From: Armatimonadota bacterium
GTDB taxonomy: Bacteria; Armatimonadota; UBA5829; DTLH01
Assembly (NCBI GenBank): GCA_039679675.1
Contig: JBDKUN010000055.1
Coordinates: 32,986 to 96,985 of the forward strand
DNA: 64,000 bases
Direction: 5' to 3'
In this document: positions 20,511-30,666 of the stretch, in pieces
Layout of the letters: each line of letters starts with the position of its first letter
How positions within the stretch are numbered: the stretch's first letter is position 1
The notes under the pieces: generated by a model
Seen by the model: only the letters and a program-made list of their open reading frames with translations
Databases searched by the model: none
What the model was told of the DNA's origin: nothing
Made by a program: the position numbers and the translations under genes

Positions 20511-21260
20511 ATGGACTCAGATAAAAAGCAATTCATAGACATAACGGAACACTACGATGACCTTATGGCCAATGTGCCGTATCGGTTGTGGGTGGACTAT
20601 ATCGAGAATATACTCAAAAAGCTGAATTATCATCCACGTACGGTGCTCGACGTTGCCTGCGGAACGGGGACAGTTGACGAGCTTCTGGTAGAGCACGGCT
20701 ATGAGGTCACCGGTGCGGACATTGCTCCCGGCATGATCGAGGTCGCAAGAAGAAAGACCGTAGCATCAGAGACGAATATCGAGTATCACGTAAGCGACGC
20801 GGCGGAACTCTCACTTGGGCGCAAGTTTGACCTCGCAATAAGCCTTTTCGACAGCCTGAACTACATAACGGATGAGTCCAGGCTGGCTCAGGCGATGAAG
20901 CGGGTAGGGGAGCACGTAGTCCCCGGCGGCTACTTCATCTTCGATGTCAATACGGAATACGCGCTCGCTCATGGCTTCTTCAACCAGACAAATTTGGGGT
21001 CTTATCCAAGATACGTTTGGAATAGCAGCTATGACCGCGCGACAAGAATATGTTCTGTAACTATGGTGTTTGAGGTGCTGGAAGACGGCAAGCCGCGCCA
21101 GTTTACGGAGGTGCATAAGCAGAAGGCATACAAGCTGGATGAACTCGATGCCATGCTCATAGCGGCGGGTTTTGAAACGATTGCCCGCTACCATGCGTAT
21201 AAATTCAAGCAGCCGACACGCAGGTCGGACAGAGTATTCTTTGTCGCGAGGAAGAAATGA
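20511..21260 (+). CDS. Class I SAM-dependent methyltransferase
   Basis: VLDVACGTG motif I, FDSLNY, PGGYFIFDVNT. Confidence 0.9.
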   Translation: MDSDKKQFIDITEHYDDLMANVPYRLWVDYIENILKKLNYHPRTVLDVACGTGTVDELLVEHGYEVTGADIAPGMIEVARRKTVASETNIEYHVSDAAELSLGRKFDLAISLFDSLNYITDESRLAQAMKRVGEHVVPGGYFIFDVNTEYALAHGFFNQTNLGSYPRYVWNSSYDRATRICSVTMVFEVLEDGKPRQFTEVHKQKAYKLDELDAMLIAAGFETIARYHAYKFKQPTRRSDRVFFVARKK

Positions 21261-23344
21261 AAAAAGTTGCTTTTGCCGGTTTCCTTGTTGTCGCAGTTGC
21301 AGCAGTTGCTTTTATGTTCATCCACCAGCGCTCACCTGAGCCGCTAAGCATCAAGAAGAACGACCCATGGATACTGCAGTCGAACGATCCGAATAACACG
21401 GTTGGAATATATCTGGGAAACGGCACTGTCGGCACTCGCATTGGGCCGGAAGGTGTTGGAAGGCTCGATGGCAAGCCGACTGAATGCCTTATGGCCGGGC
21501 TATATGAGAAAGAAGCATACCTGCCGCTTCCGAACTGGAGTGATTTCGGACTGTACGACTCCGATGGAAAGCGCTTCGAGCTCGATAAAGAGGCTCCTTA
21601 CCGCCAGACGCTCAATATGCGTGAAGGCTATGTGGAGACCGAGCTTACGCTAAAGTCCGGACGCCGCAGTCTTACAGGAAAGGTGACTGTTTTTGTTGAT
21701 AGGGCGAAGGGCTTCTATGAGTATACAGCCGTACGCTACGCGCTTACTCCAAGTTTCGACGGCAGCGTGAAGCTCAAGGAATCACTTGATGCAGGCAATG
21801 GTTGGAAGGCCAAGCCCAGCAAAAAAGCCGGAAACGGCGCGCAGATATTCGAAGGCATGAGTTCTACATGTAATTTTGTATCTATCGGAACAAGAGTCTT
21901 GGACGCATCGAACAAGCCGGTAACTGACAGCACTTCAGTAAAGCATGGGGAGAGCCTTGCACTGACAAAGTTAATCGCAATCTATAACCATCCCGGCTAT
22001 TTGTCGTGTACGCCTGTAAGCGCCGAAGAATTATTGGCTGATATAGAGAATGTCCGCTACGATCAGCTTTTTGATTCGAGCAAAAAAGCCTGGCGGAACA
22101 TCTGGAAGTCAGATATCGTGATCGGGGGCGACCCGGAGGCACAGCAGGCAGTGCATGCATCCATGTTTTACCTCCTGTCGAGTCTCAACGACAAGCTCTG
22201 GGGTGCCAGCATACAGCCGCTCGGACTGTCGTCCAATGCCTACTGGGGCGGCCACATATTCTGGGACGCCGATGTCTGGATGTATCCCTCGCTCTTGCTT
22301 CAGCATCCTGAACTGGCCGGGTCTATTGTTAGTTACAGATTCGTTACCCGACAAGCCGCTTTGGAAAACGCCAAAAAGGACGGATTAGCAGGAGCGGAGT
22401 ATGCCTGGGAAAGCGCCGAAAGCGGACTGGAGACTGCTCCAAAGCCATTCTCCGAGGAGAGGCACATAACGAGCGACGTCGCGCTTGCTCAGTGGCAGTA
22501 TTATGTAGCGACTCAGGATAAAAGATGGCTTGAAGTACGCGGCTGGCCGGTAATTTCGGCCTGCGCGGACTATTGGGTATCCAGAGCCAAATATAATCCG
22601 TCAAAGGGCAAGTATGAAATTCTGAAAGTCGTTCCCCCTGATGAGAACGCCAATATCGTAGATAACTGCGCTTATACCAACGCATCGGCGGCGGCTGTCC
22701 TGCAGATCGCGGCCAAAGCTACAGTCATAATCGGCAAATCTCCCAACCCCAAGTGGGCGGAGATAGCCGGAAAGATGTACATTCCGTTCGATGTGGCCAA
22801 TAAGCGCTATATCGAGCACGACGGATACAAGGGAGCCGCGACGAAACAGGCGGATGTCGAGTTGATGATCTACCCCTGGATGATCGACATGCCGGACGAT
22901 GTGCGGACTGCTTCTTTTGATTATTATAAAGGAAAGCTGTACAAGAATGGCCCTGCTATGAGTTCTTCCGTTCATGCAGTCATCTCCGCGCAGCTCGGAA
23001 GAAGAGCCGATGCGTACAAGGACTTCACCGAGAGCTATAAGCCGTTCCTGCGCGGCCCGTTTTTGATGTTCAATGAGAAACGGTCACCTACGTGGGAGAA
23101 TACCTGCTTCATAACCGGCTGCGGCGGGATGCTGCAGAGCGTGATATACGGTTTCGGCGGGCTTAGGATCGGCAAAAACCCCGGAGGGTTCAAGGAAGCG
23201 CTTCCAGACCTGTACATCAAGCCCTGCCTGCCCGAACATTGGAAGAGCCTTGAGATTAAAAATATCGTGTGGCGCGGAAAGAGCTACAATCTGAAGGTTT
23301 TACCGGGAGATAAGTGGAGCATGACGGCAAATACTCCTGAGTGA
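21257..23344 (+). CDS. GH65 glycoside hydrolase (acid trehalase/PGGHG-like) with N-terminal anchor
   Basis: GHIFWDADVW, AWESA, VVPPDE acid, KQAD, FITGCGG.LQ...YGFGG. Confidence 0.85.
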   Translation: MKKVAFAGFLVVAVAAVAFMFIHQRSPEPLSIKKNDPWILQSNDPNNTVGIYLGNGTVGTRIGPEGVGRLDGKPTECLMAGLYEKEAYLPLPNWSDFGLYDSDGKRFELDKEAPYRQTLNMREGYVETELTLKSGRRSLTGKVTVFVDRAKGFYEYTAVRYALTPSFDGSVKLKESLDAGNGWKAKPSKKAGNGAQIFEGMSSTCNFVSIGTRVLDASNKPVTDSTSVKHGESLALTKLIAIYNHPGYLSCTPVSAEELLADIENVRYDQLFDSSKKAWRNIWKSDIVIGGDPEAQQAVHASMFYLLSSLNDKLWGASIQPLGLSSNAYWGGHIFWDADVWMYPSLLLQHPELAGSIVSYRFVTRQAALENAKKDGLAGAEYAWESAESGLETAPKPFSEERHITSDVALAQWQYYVATQDKRWLEVRGWPVISACADYWVSRAKYNPSKGKYEILKVVPPDENANIVDNCAYTNASAAAVLQIAAKATVIIGKSPNPKWAEIAGKMYIPFDVANKRYIEHDGYKGAATKQADVELMIYPWMIDMPDDVRTASFDYYKGKLYKNGPAMSSSVHAVISAQLGRRADAYKDFTESYKPFLRGPFLMFNEKRSPTWENTCFITGCGGMLQSVIYGFGGLRIGKNPGGFKEALPDLYIKPCLPEHWKSLEIKNIVWRGKSYNLKVLPGDKWSMTANTPE

Positions 23345-23434
23345 GCCAAGAGAAGTGGGCTCACTGACCCAGTCTCACTCAGCTCACTCAAGAGACATAC
23401 CGGCAATACCCATCAGGGATGCATCAGGAAACAT

Positions 23435-23465
23435 AAAGGCCCACCGTTTAGTCGATGGGCCTTTT
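23435..23465. terminator. Bidirectional terminator
   Basis: AAAGGCCCA...TGGGCCTTTT between convergent genes. Confidence 0.7.
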
Positions 23466-23505
23466 GACTATCGTCTTAATCATATTTCTACCACAGGTAT
23501 GGCGC

Positions 23506-24201
23506 TCAGTAGGGATAATAGTACGGTCTGCCAAACCTGTAGGCCGGGAATCCCGGAACGCTGTGAGCCGCGCTTATCGAATCGTAGAACCTCTGTCGGC
23601 TTGGCGATACATATCCCGGAGGTACAAATCTGCTGGGGGCTCCGTTGTAGTAGCTATACGGGCTCAGATCGTATATACCACCGTAGGAATAGGGATAGTC
23701 CAGCACTCCTATACCGCCAATGTCCAGTATTGATGGTATAGGTGGAATCTGTTCATTAATTAATGTTTGTTCATTAATGATTGTTCCGGAGAAGCCACCA
23801 CTGGCTGCTGGTGGTGCAGCCGTTTGTCTTTCCGGTTGGTATTGGTCTTCAGGCATCGGTTTTGTTGCTACCGGTGTTTTTGCCTTAGGCTTGAAAATAT
23901 ACCGCCCAGGGGCTTTTGTGTAGTCAAGACTCGATGCATCCGCTACGGCTTTGACAGCTTGTTCAAGAGGGATATTGTTGAACCCGACGGATATTCTGCC
24001 GGAAACTCCGGGCTCTATGGTATATTTGTAGCCGGTGCCTTGGAACATGTAGTCGATCACATCTATTATTGGCATATCGGCAAGCTGCAGTGTTACCTTT
24101 TTCTCGACCGGAGGTTGTGAGCCATTTGGAATAGCTATACCCGTCGCCAGGACTATCACTGCAGCGATAAATATTACCCTCATTCTGCGCAGATCAGCCA
24201 T
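23506..24201 (-). CDS. Secreted protein with secretin/TonB N-terminal (STN-like) domain and low-complexity P/Y/G tail
   Basis: Signal peptide; KKVTLQLADMPI.DVI...GYKYTIEPGVSGRISV.FNNIPLEQAV; GGAGG RBS before MADL. Confidence 0.65.
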   Translation of the reverse strand: MADLRRMRVIFIAAVIVLATGIAIPNGSQPPVEKKVTLQLADMPIIDVIDYMFQGTGYKYTIEPGVSGRISVGFNNIPLEQAVKAVADASSLDYTKAPGRYIFKPKAKTPVATKPMPEDQYQPERQTAAPPAASGGFSGTIINEQTLINEQIPPIPSILDIGGIGVLDYPYSYGGIYDLSPYSYYNGAPSRFVPPGYVSPSRQRFYDSISAAHSVPGFPAYRFGRPYYYPY

Positions 24202-24322
24202 TTTAAACCCTCCCATGATGACTCTACCGAGTAAATTATACCCTGCCGGAATTATCCTTAACACGGCTGAGGAAGCAGAGTGATACTCTACAAGAGACGC
24301 GGAAGGTGGAGACTTACACAGG

Positions 24323-25468
24323 CTACTTCATTTTTCCAAGAACAAGATACTCTATGGTGTCATCGCCTTTGTAGACTCTGTTGTTGCTGTCCAGGTCTGC
24401 GCGGAACCGCCTGTAGGGGATTTCCATAAAGCTCGTCCGGCTGCAGAATTCATCGAACAGCTTCTCAAGCTCGTTTTTTGAAAGCAGCCCTTCATTATTG
24501 TAAGAAAAGAGCACATATTCGGCGTTCATGGCAGAAAATAGCCGCCTGAAGGCCTCTTCAGCCCTTGTTTTCAGGCAGAATTCCGATTTTCTCTCTCCCC
24601 CCTTGCGGAGTCCGGTTATCCCGCGCGGCTCGAATGCGGCAAGGTCCCATCTGGCTATTGTTTCAAGGATGTGGTAATTCGCGTTATATTGGCGGCTGTT
24701 ATATGGAGGATCGATGTAAACGAGCTCGATCCTGGTCTGATTGAGCTCGGAAAGCAGAGATTCGCTGTCCTGGCAGAACGCGCGGTGCTGCTCGGCGGCG
24801 TGCGCAGACGGCACAGGATCTAGCAGATAAAGCTGCATCGGTTTACGTGCGGAGAGTTTCACGTGTTTTAGATAGGCTCCATATACCGACGCAGTATTGG
24901 CCGCGCGGTCAGCACCTTCGATGAGGGAAGCGACTAGCCACCCCTTTTCTTCAGGTGTGATCAACTGCTCTTTGTGCCACAGCTCTATTCGGTCTCGGAT
25001 GGCTTGTATCCTTAGCCCGTTCCCTTTTGAGAAATACATCCTCCCGCTTTCGCCACCTTCACAGTAGGCATTATAAAAACTGCCGGGTTCCCCCTGCAGT
25101 TGGCTTAGGTAAGACAGCACACGAACAGCAGGAGTGTTGTGATCAATCTTCCTGCGTTTTCCAAGGGCTGAAACGGGCAGGTCCGGCAGGAGAGGGGGTC
25201 TGTCTATCTCTTTCTCCCAACAATTGTTTGAGAAAAGGGTCTCAAACGCCGGGAGTTCATTGTGCTCGATGAACGCGACACAGGTTAAATAGGAGTAATA
25301 CTGCCAGTCATTTGCGTAAGCTATGTGCCCGCGGCCTTTGAGAAAGCGCGCGACAATCCCCGTACCGGCGAAAAGGTCCAGCGCTATGCTGTTTGCCGGA
25401 ATATCGTTGTTATCGAGTATTCGTTTGATTTCCGGCAGCAGGCTGAATTTCGACCCTATATAATTCAT
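24323..25468 (-). CDS. DNA N6-adenine methyltransferase (D12 class), orphan
   Basis: NYIGSK, DLFAGTG (motif I), ANTASVYGAYLK, YIDPPYN (motif IV), SYNNEG. Confidence 0.9.
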   Translation of the reverse strand: MNYIGSKFSLLPEIKRILDNNDIPANSIALDLFAGTGIVARFLKGRGHIAYANDWQYYSYLTCVAFIEHNELPAFETLFSNNCWEKEIDRPPLLPDLPVSALGKRRKIDHNTPAVRVLSYLSQLQGEPGSFYNAYCEGGESGRMYFSKGNGLRIQAIRDRIELWHKEQLITPEEKGWLVASLIEGADRAANTASVYGAYLKHVKLSARKPMQLYLLDPVPSAHAAEQHRAFCQDSESLLSELNQTRIELVYIDPPYNSRQYNANYHILETIARWDLAAFEPRGITGLRKGGERKSEFCLKTRAEEAFRRLFSAMNAEYVLFSYNNEGLLSKNELEKLFDEFCSRTSFMEIPYRRFRADLDSNNRVYKGDDTIEYLVLGKMK

Positions 25469-25749
25469 CAAATCCCCACGATGGATGCCATAAAAAGCAG
25501 TTTGGCCCGCTCGTTTTCACAAGCAGGCGTTATGACAACGGAGTTGATGATATTATAACCGTTTACAAGGTAAAGTTTAAGCTGCTGTTGGTTGAATTAG
25601 CCGCAATATTTTTTGCAAATTCGAGTGCATATTTACCATGCAGACATAAAGATAATATGATATACTGCAATAGTTTGAACTACATTTCTTTCGCTGTAAC
25701 ACCTTTCAACATTGGACGTCCATATCTATACAAAGGAGCGAGCATATTG

Positions 25750-28700
25750 ATGAGCAAGCATAAAGTTTTGATCTGGTCACTGGTTTTTCTCGTAATTCTC
25801 TGTTCCAGTTGCTTCGGGCAGACAATAATTAGAGTTAGTACGGGTGGAAATGACTCTAATAACGGCTCCAGCTGGGAACTGGCTAAAAAGACAGTACAGG
25901 CTGGCATAAATGCAGCCTCTACCAGCGGTGGCGGAGAAATATGGGTAGCAGCAGGAACCTACAGCGAACGCATCACCTTGAAAGCCAACTGCTATCTCTA
26001 TGGTGGGTTCGCGGGAACAGAAAACCAGCGGACTGAGAGAAACTTCAGCGCAAACAAGAGCATTCTTAATGGTTCCAATGGTGGTGGTAATATTGTAAAT
26101 GCAAGTGGTTTCTCAACCAATGGATGTATCGATGGGTTTACCATTGAAAATGGTGGAAGCAGTTATTATAGCGTCTACTGTACGTCATCAAGCCCCACAA
26201 TAACCAACAACATCATTAGGAATAGTTATGGCATCTACTGTACATCATCAAACCCCACAATAACCAATAACACCATTATGGGGAATAGTTATGGCATCTA
26301 CTGTACGTCATCATCAAATCCCATAATAATCAACAACAACATCAGCAGGAATATCACTTATGGCATTTATTGCACGTCATTATCAAGTCCTACAATAGCC
26401 AATAACACCATAGATGGGAGTAATTATGGTATTCACTGCTGGTCATCAGGCCCCGCAATAGTCACCAATAACACCATCAGTGGGAATGGCTATGGCGTTT
26501 ATTGCTACTCATCAAGCCCAATAATAAGCAACAATATAGTTGCATTTAATAGCACCGGAATCAGTAGTATCACAGGCGGAAGCCCAACGCTCAAATACAA
26601 CTGCATTTATGGCAATACTGACGGCTACTTAGGCATCAATGCCGGTGATACAGACATATCAAAAGATCCTCTGCTTGAGAACTGGCGGTATAATAAGTGC
26701 CATATCCAGCCTGGCTCACCCTGTATAGATGCTGGTGACAACTCCGCAGTCAGTTCATCTTGGATAGATATGGATGGACAAGCAAGAACACAGGGAAATG
26801 CCGTAGATATTGGAGCAGATGAATCAGATGGAACACAGTGGCCGGTTAACTCTCCTATAGTGGTGCGTGTCAGTCCCAATGGAGATGATGCTAATAATGG
26901 CTCAAACTGGGAACTGGCAAAGAAGACTGTACAGGCAGGTATAGATGCGGTCTTTTGTAATGAAGGTGGCGGCGAGGTATGGGTTTCTGCCGGAACCTAC
27001 AACGAGCATATCACACTTAAGGCCGATTGTGATGTTTATGGAGGGTTTGCAGAAACAGAAAGCCTGAAGACAGAACGGAATTTCAATGTCAACAAGAGCA
27101 TACTTGACGGATCAGGAAATGGCAGTGTTGTTAGCGCTAGTGGATTCTCGACCAATGCTCGTATTGATGGGTTTACCATTGGAAACAGTGGCAATGCTAA
27201 TTATGGTATTTATTGCACATCATCATCAAATCCTACAATAACCAACAACACCATTAGGGGGAACGGATCTGGCGTCTACTGTTTGGCATCAAGTCCTTAT
27301 ATAACTAACAACATCATCAACGGGAATGATAATGGTGTCTACTGCGGGAATGGTAATGACAACTACCGCTGGTCCTCAAATCCAACGATAGCCAGTAATA
27401 CCATCATTGGGAATAGCAGCTATGGTATTTACTACAATAACAGATCTGGTGCCGTCTACTACGTTGTCGAGCCACAAAAACTCACGATAACAAACAACAT
27501 AATTGCCTTCAATCTCACTGGAATCTACAGGAAAAACGGAATTGCAACACTTACGAGAAACTGTGTCTATGGCAATATTACCAACTACTCGTCCATCTCT
27601 CGCGGGTTTATAGACATATCAGTAGATCCTCTGATTGAGAACTGGAGATATGGTAAATTCCATATCCAACCCGGCTCACCATGCAGAGATGCAGGTGATA
27701 GTTCTTCTGTTTCTTCTTCTTGGCTTGATATGGATGGACAACCAAGAATACAGGGAGAGGGTGTGGATATTGGTGCTGATGAATCGGATGGAACACAGTG
27801 GCCGGTTAACCCACCTATAGTGGTACGAGTCAGTTCCAAAGGGAACGATGGCAATGACGGCTCAAGCTGGGCACTTGCAAAGAAGACTATACAGGCTGGT
27901 ATAGATACGGTCTTTAATAATGAGAGTGGCGGCGAAATATGGGTGACAGCAGGGGTATACAATGAATGCATCAACTTGAAAACCAACTGTGATGTCTACG
28001 GCGGGTTTGCTGGAACAGAAAATGAGAAGACTGAGCGAGACTTCAACATCAACAAGAGCATACTCGAAAAGTCTAGTAGCATCGGCAATGTTGTCAATGC
28101 AAGTGGATTCTTAACAATCGCTCGTATAGATGGGTTTACAATTAAATGTAACGGTGGAAGCAGCAACTATGGCGTTTGCTGCGAGTACTCATCAAGTCCC
28201 ACAATAACCAACAACATCATCAGCGGAAATAGCGGCTATGGTATTCATTGCTCATTTTCATCAAGACCTGTAATAACCAATAATACCCTCAATGGAAATA
28301 GTACCGGTGGCATATACTGCTCATCATCAAATCCCACAATAACCAACAACATAATCAATAATAATGCTAGCCACGGCATTTACTGCTGCTCAGCATCAAA
28401 TCCCACAATAAGGAAAAACGCAATTAATGGGAATGGTGACGGCATCTGCTGCAACTCATCATCAAATCCCACAATAACCAACAACACCATTAACGGGAAT
28501 GGTGAAGGCATTCTCTGCGGTTCATCAAGTCCCACAATAACAAACAACATCATCAGTGGAAGTGGCTATCATGGTATCTACTACTCATCATCATCAAGCC
28601 TCACAATAACAAGCAACACCATCAGTGGGAATAACTATGGTATCTATGACTATTACTCATCATCAGGCTCCACAATAGCCAACAACATTGTTGCTTTCAA

Positions 28701-30585
28701 CATCACTGGAGTCTATAAAGAAGGCGGCAGCGGGAACCCAACGCTCAAGAGCAATTGCGTCTACGGCAACACTACCGACTACTCAGGCGTTGCTGCTGGG
28801 GCTACAGACATATCACAGGACCCTCTTCTTGAGAACTGGAAGTACGGCAAGCTTCACATTCAGCCTGGTTCTCCTTGTATAAATACAGGAGATAGCTCTG
28901 TAGTAAGTTCATACGGGGTAGATATGGATGGACAGGCAAGAATACAAGGAACTGCTGTAGATATTGGTGCAGATGAATCAGATGGGACACAGTGGCCGGT
29001 CAATACACCTGTTGTGATACGTGTCAGCCCAAATGGGAATGACTCTGAAAATGGTTCAAGCTGGACGCTGGCCAAGAAGACTATACAGGCTGGTATAGAT
29101 GCAGCTTGCGACAATGGTGGCGGTGAAGTATGGGTGAAAGCTGGAGTCTATTATGAGCACATAATTCTTAGAGCTGACATTGGTGTCTACGGAGGCTTCG
29201 CAGGTGCAGAAAATCAGAGGATTGAGCGGAACTTTAATACCAATAAAAGCATAATTGATGGTTCCAGCAATGGTAATGTTGTTATTGCTAGCGGATTTAC
29301 AACCACTGCCTGCATTAATGGCTTAACTATTAGAAACGGTGGAGACGATTATAGTGGCATTTACTGCTGGTTCTTGTCCAATCCCACGATAGTGAACAAC
29401 ACCATCAGTGGAAATGAAAATGGCATCGACTGCGTATATTTACCAAGTCTAGCCATAGCCCAAAACAATATCAGCGGGAATGAATACGGCGTATACTGCT
29501 ATGGATCAAATCCAACGATAAATAGCAACATAATTAGTGGGAATATAAGCTGTGGCATCTACTGTGATTATTCAACTAATCCCACAATAACAAATAACAC
29601 CATCAGCGGAAGTGGTGATGGTATCCACATTTATTCATCAAGCCCTACGATAACCAATAATATAATTGCCTTCAATCAGAGAGGTATCGACAAATCCAGC
29701 GGGAATGCCGTTTTCAATAATAACTGCGTCTATGGCAACACCACCAACTACTTAAATTTCACTGCAGGAACTACGGACATATCGGTAGACCCTCTCTTTA
29801 GAGATAAAGACAACGGAGACTACCATCTCACCTCCACATCTCCCTGCATAAACGCGGGAGATGACACGACAGTACAGAATGGCTGGGTTGATATGGACGG
29901 TGAGGCACGTATTATAGGAACTCATGTAGACATTGGTGCCGACGAATACTCAGTATTTGATGTCACAGGCACAAATGCAAAGAATACCAAAGATACGGCC
30001 TATGTATTGGCAACCAATATGGTAGCATCTTCGGTCTACAGCGGCTTCTATTATGTCCAGGATATAAACAGGACATACGGCATAAGAGTGAACCAGCTAA
30101 AGGGAACTCTGCCGCAGGTGAACAAGATAATCTCAGTTAGCGGTGTCCTTGGTACTACCACAGATGGAGAAAGATGCCTACTTAGCTATGAGACTCCTTC
30201 AGTTACAGGTCAGGAGACTGCAAAGCCGCTGATGATTACCTGTAAATACATCGGTGGAGGAGACTACAGCTATGATTCAGCAGCCAAGACAGGCCAGAAG
30301 GGTGTAAAAGACAGCTTCGGGCTGAACAACATAGGGTTATTAGTGACAGTATGTGGGACAGTAGCGGACATCGATACTGCTAATAAGAAACTCTACATAA
30401 ATGATGGCTCTGCCACTGTAGAAGTATATTATGGCAGCATCACACTGCCGGAAGATATAGTAAAGGGATCACTGATCAAGGCTACAGGAGCCTGCAGTTG
30501 CTATAGATTAGACAATGACAACCTCTGTCCGTTGATTTTACTGAAGGACGGGGACAGTATAAAGGCATTAACAGCCGTTAACTAA
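25750..30585 (+). CDS. Large secreted protein: four tandem parallel beta-helix modules plus C-terminal tandem OB-fold-like domain
   Basis: Signal peptide MSKHKVLIWSLVFLVILCSSCFG after AAGGAG; four IRVS.NGNDS.NGSSW.LAKKT...DIGADE modules; GLNNIGLLVTVCG C-terminus. Confidence 0.88.
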   Translation: MSKHKVLIWSLVFLVILCSSCFGQTIIRVSTGGNDSNNGSSWELAKKTVQAGINAASTSGGGEIWVAAGTYSERITLKANCYLYGGFAGTENQRTERNFSANKSILNGSNGGGNIVNASGFSTNGCIDGFTIENGGSSYYSVYCTSSSPTITNNIIRNSYGIYCTSSNPTITNNTIMGNSYGIYCTSSSNPIIINNNISRNITYGIYCTSLSSPTIANNTIDGSNYGIHCWSSGPAIVTNNTISGNGYGVYCYSSSPIISNNIVAFNSTGISSITGGSPTLKYNCIYGNTDGYLGINAGDTDISKDPLLENWRYNKCHIQPGSPCIDAGDNSAVSSSWIDMDGQARTQGNAVDIGADESDGTQWPVNSPIVVRVSPNGDDANNGSNWELAKKTVQAGIDAVFCNEGGGEVWVSAGTYNEHITLKADCDVYGGFAETESLKTERNFNVNKSILDGSGNGSVVSASGFSTNARIDGFTIGNSGNANYGIYCTSSSNPTITNNTIRGNGSGVYCLASSPYITNNIINGNDNGVYCGNGNDNYRWSSNPTIASNTIIGNSSYGIYYNNRSGAVYYVVEPQKLTITNNIIAFNLTGIYRKNGIATLTRNCVYGNITNYSSISRGFIDISVDPLIENWRYGKFHIQPGSPCRDAGDSSSVSSSWLDMDGQPRIQGEGVDIGADESDGTQWPVNPPIVVRVSSKGNDGNDGSSWALAKKTIQAGIDTVFNNESGGEIWVTAGVYNECINLKTNCDVYGGFAGTENEKTERDFNINKSILEKSSSIGNVVNASGFLTIARIDGFTIKCNGGSSNYGVCCEYSSSPTITNNIISGNSGYGIHCSFSSRPVITNNTLNGNSTGGIYCSSSNPTITNNIINNNASHGIYCCSASNPTIRKNAINGNGDGICCNSSSNPTITNNTINGNGEGILCGSSSPTITNNIISGSGYHGIYYSSSSSLTITSNTISGNNYGIYDYYSSSGSTIANNIVAFNITGVYKEGGSGNPTLKSNCVYGNTTDYSGVAAGATDISQDPLLENWKYGKLHIQPGSPCINTGDSSVVSSYGVDMDGQARIQGTAVDIGADESDGTQWPVNTPVVIRVSPNGNDSENGSSWTLAKKTIQAGIDAACDNGGGEVWVKAGVYYEHIILRADIGVYGGFAGAENQRIERNFNTNKSIIDGSSNGNVVIASGFTTTACINGLTIRNGGDDYSGIYCWFLSNPTIVNNTISGNENGIDCVYLPSLAIAQNNISGNEYGVYCYGSNPTINSNIISGNISCGIYCDYSTNPTITNNTISGSGDGIHIYSSSPTITNNIIAFNQRGIDKSSGNAVFNNNCVYGNTTNYLNFTAGTTDISVDPLFRDKDNGDYHLTSTSPCINAGDDTTVQNGWVDMDGEARIIGTHVDIGADEYSVFDVTGTNAKNTKDTAYVLATNMVASSVYSGFYYVQDINRTYGIRVNQLKGTLPQVNKIISVSGVLGTTTDGERCLLSYETPSVTGQETAKPLMITCKYIGGGDYSYDSAAKTGQKGVKDSFGLNNIGLLVTVCGTVADIDTANKKLYINDGSATVEVYYGSITLPEDIVKGSLIKATGACSCYRLDNDNLCPLILLKDGDSIKALTAVN

Positions 30586-30599
30586 GGGATAGAGTTGCA

Positions 30600-30635
30600 A
30601 AAACGTCACCCTGACTTGTTTCGGGGTGACGTTTT
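30600..30635. terminator. Bidirectional terminator related to the GTCA palindrome family
   Basis: AAAACGTCACCCTGA-CTTGTT-TCGGGGTGACGTTTT. Confidence 0.8.
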
Positions 30636-30666
30636 AATCATCAACTCAAAACTCTTGTCTACAGAG

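Noticed and set aside
23355..23741. Plus-strand ORFs of 128 and 92 aa after GH65
   Set aside because: They overlap a terminator and the minus-strand STN-like gene; no supporting features.
25750..30585. Diversity-generating retroelement target (AAC-rich variable repeats)
   Set aside because: No reverse transcriptase or template repeat in the window, and differences between copies are not confined to adenines.
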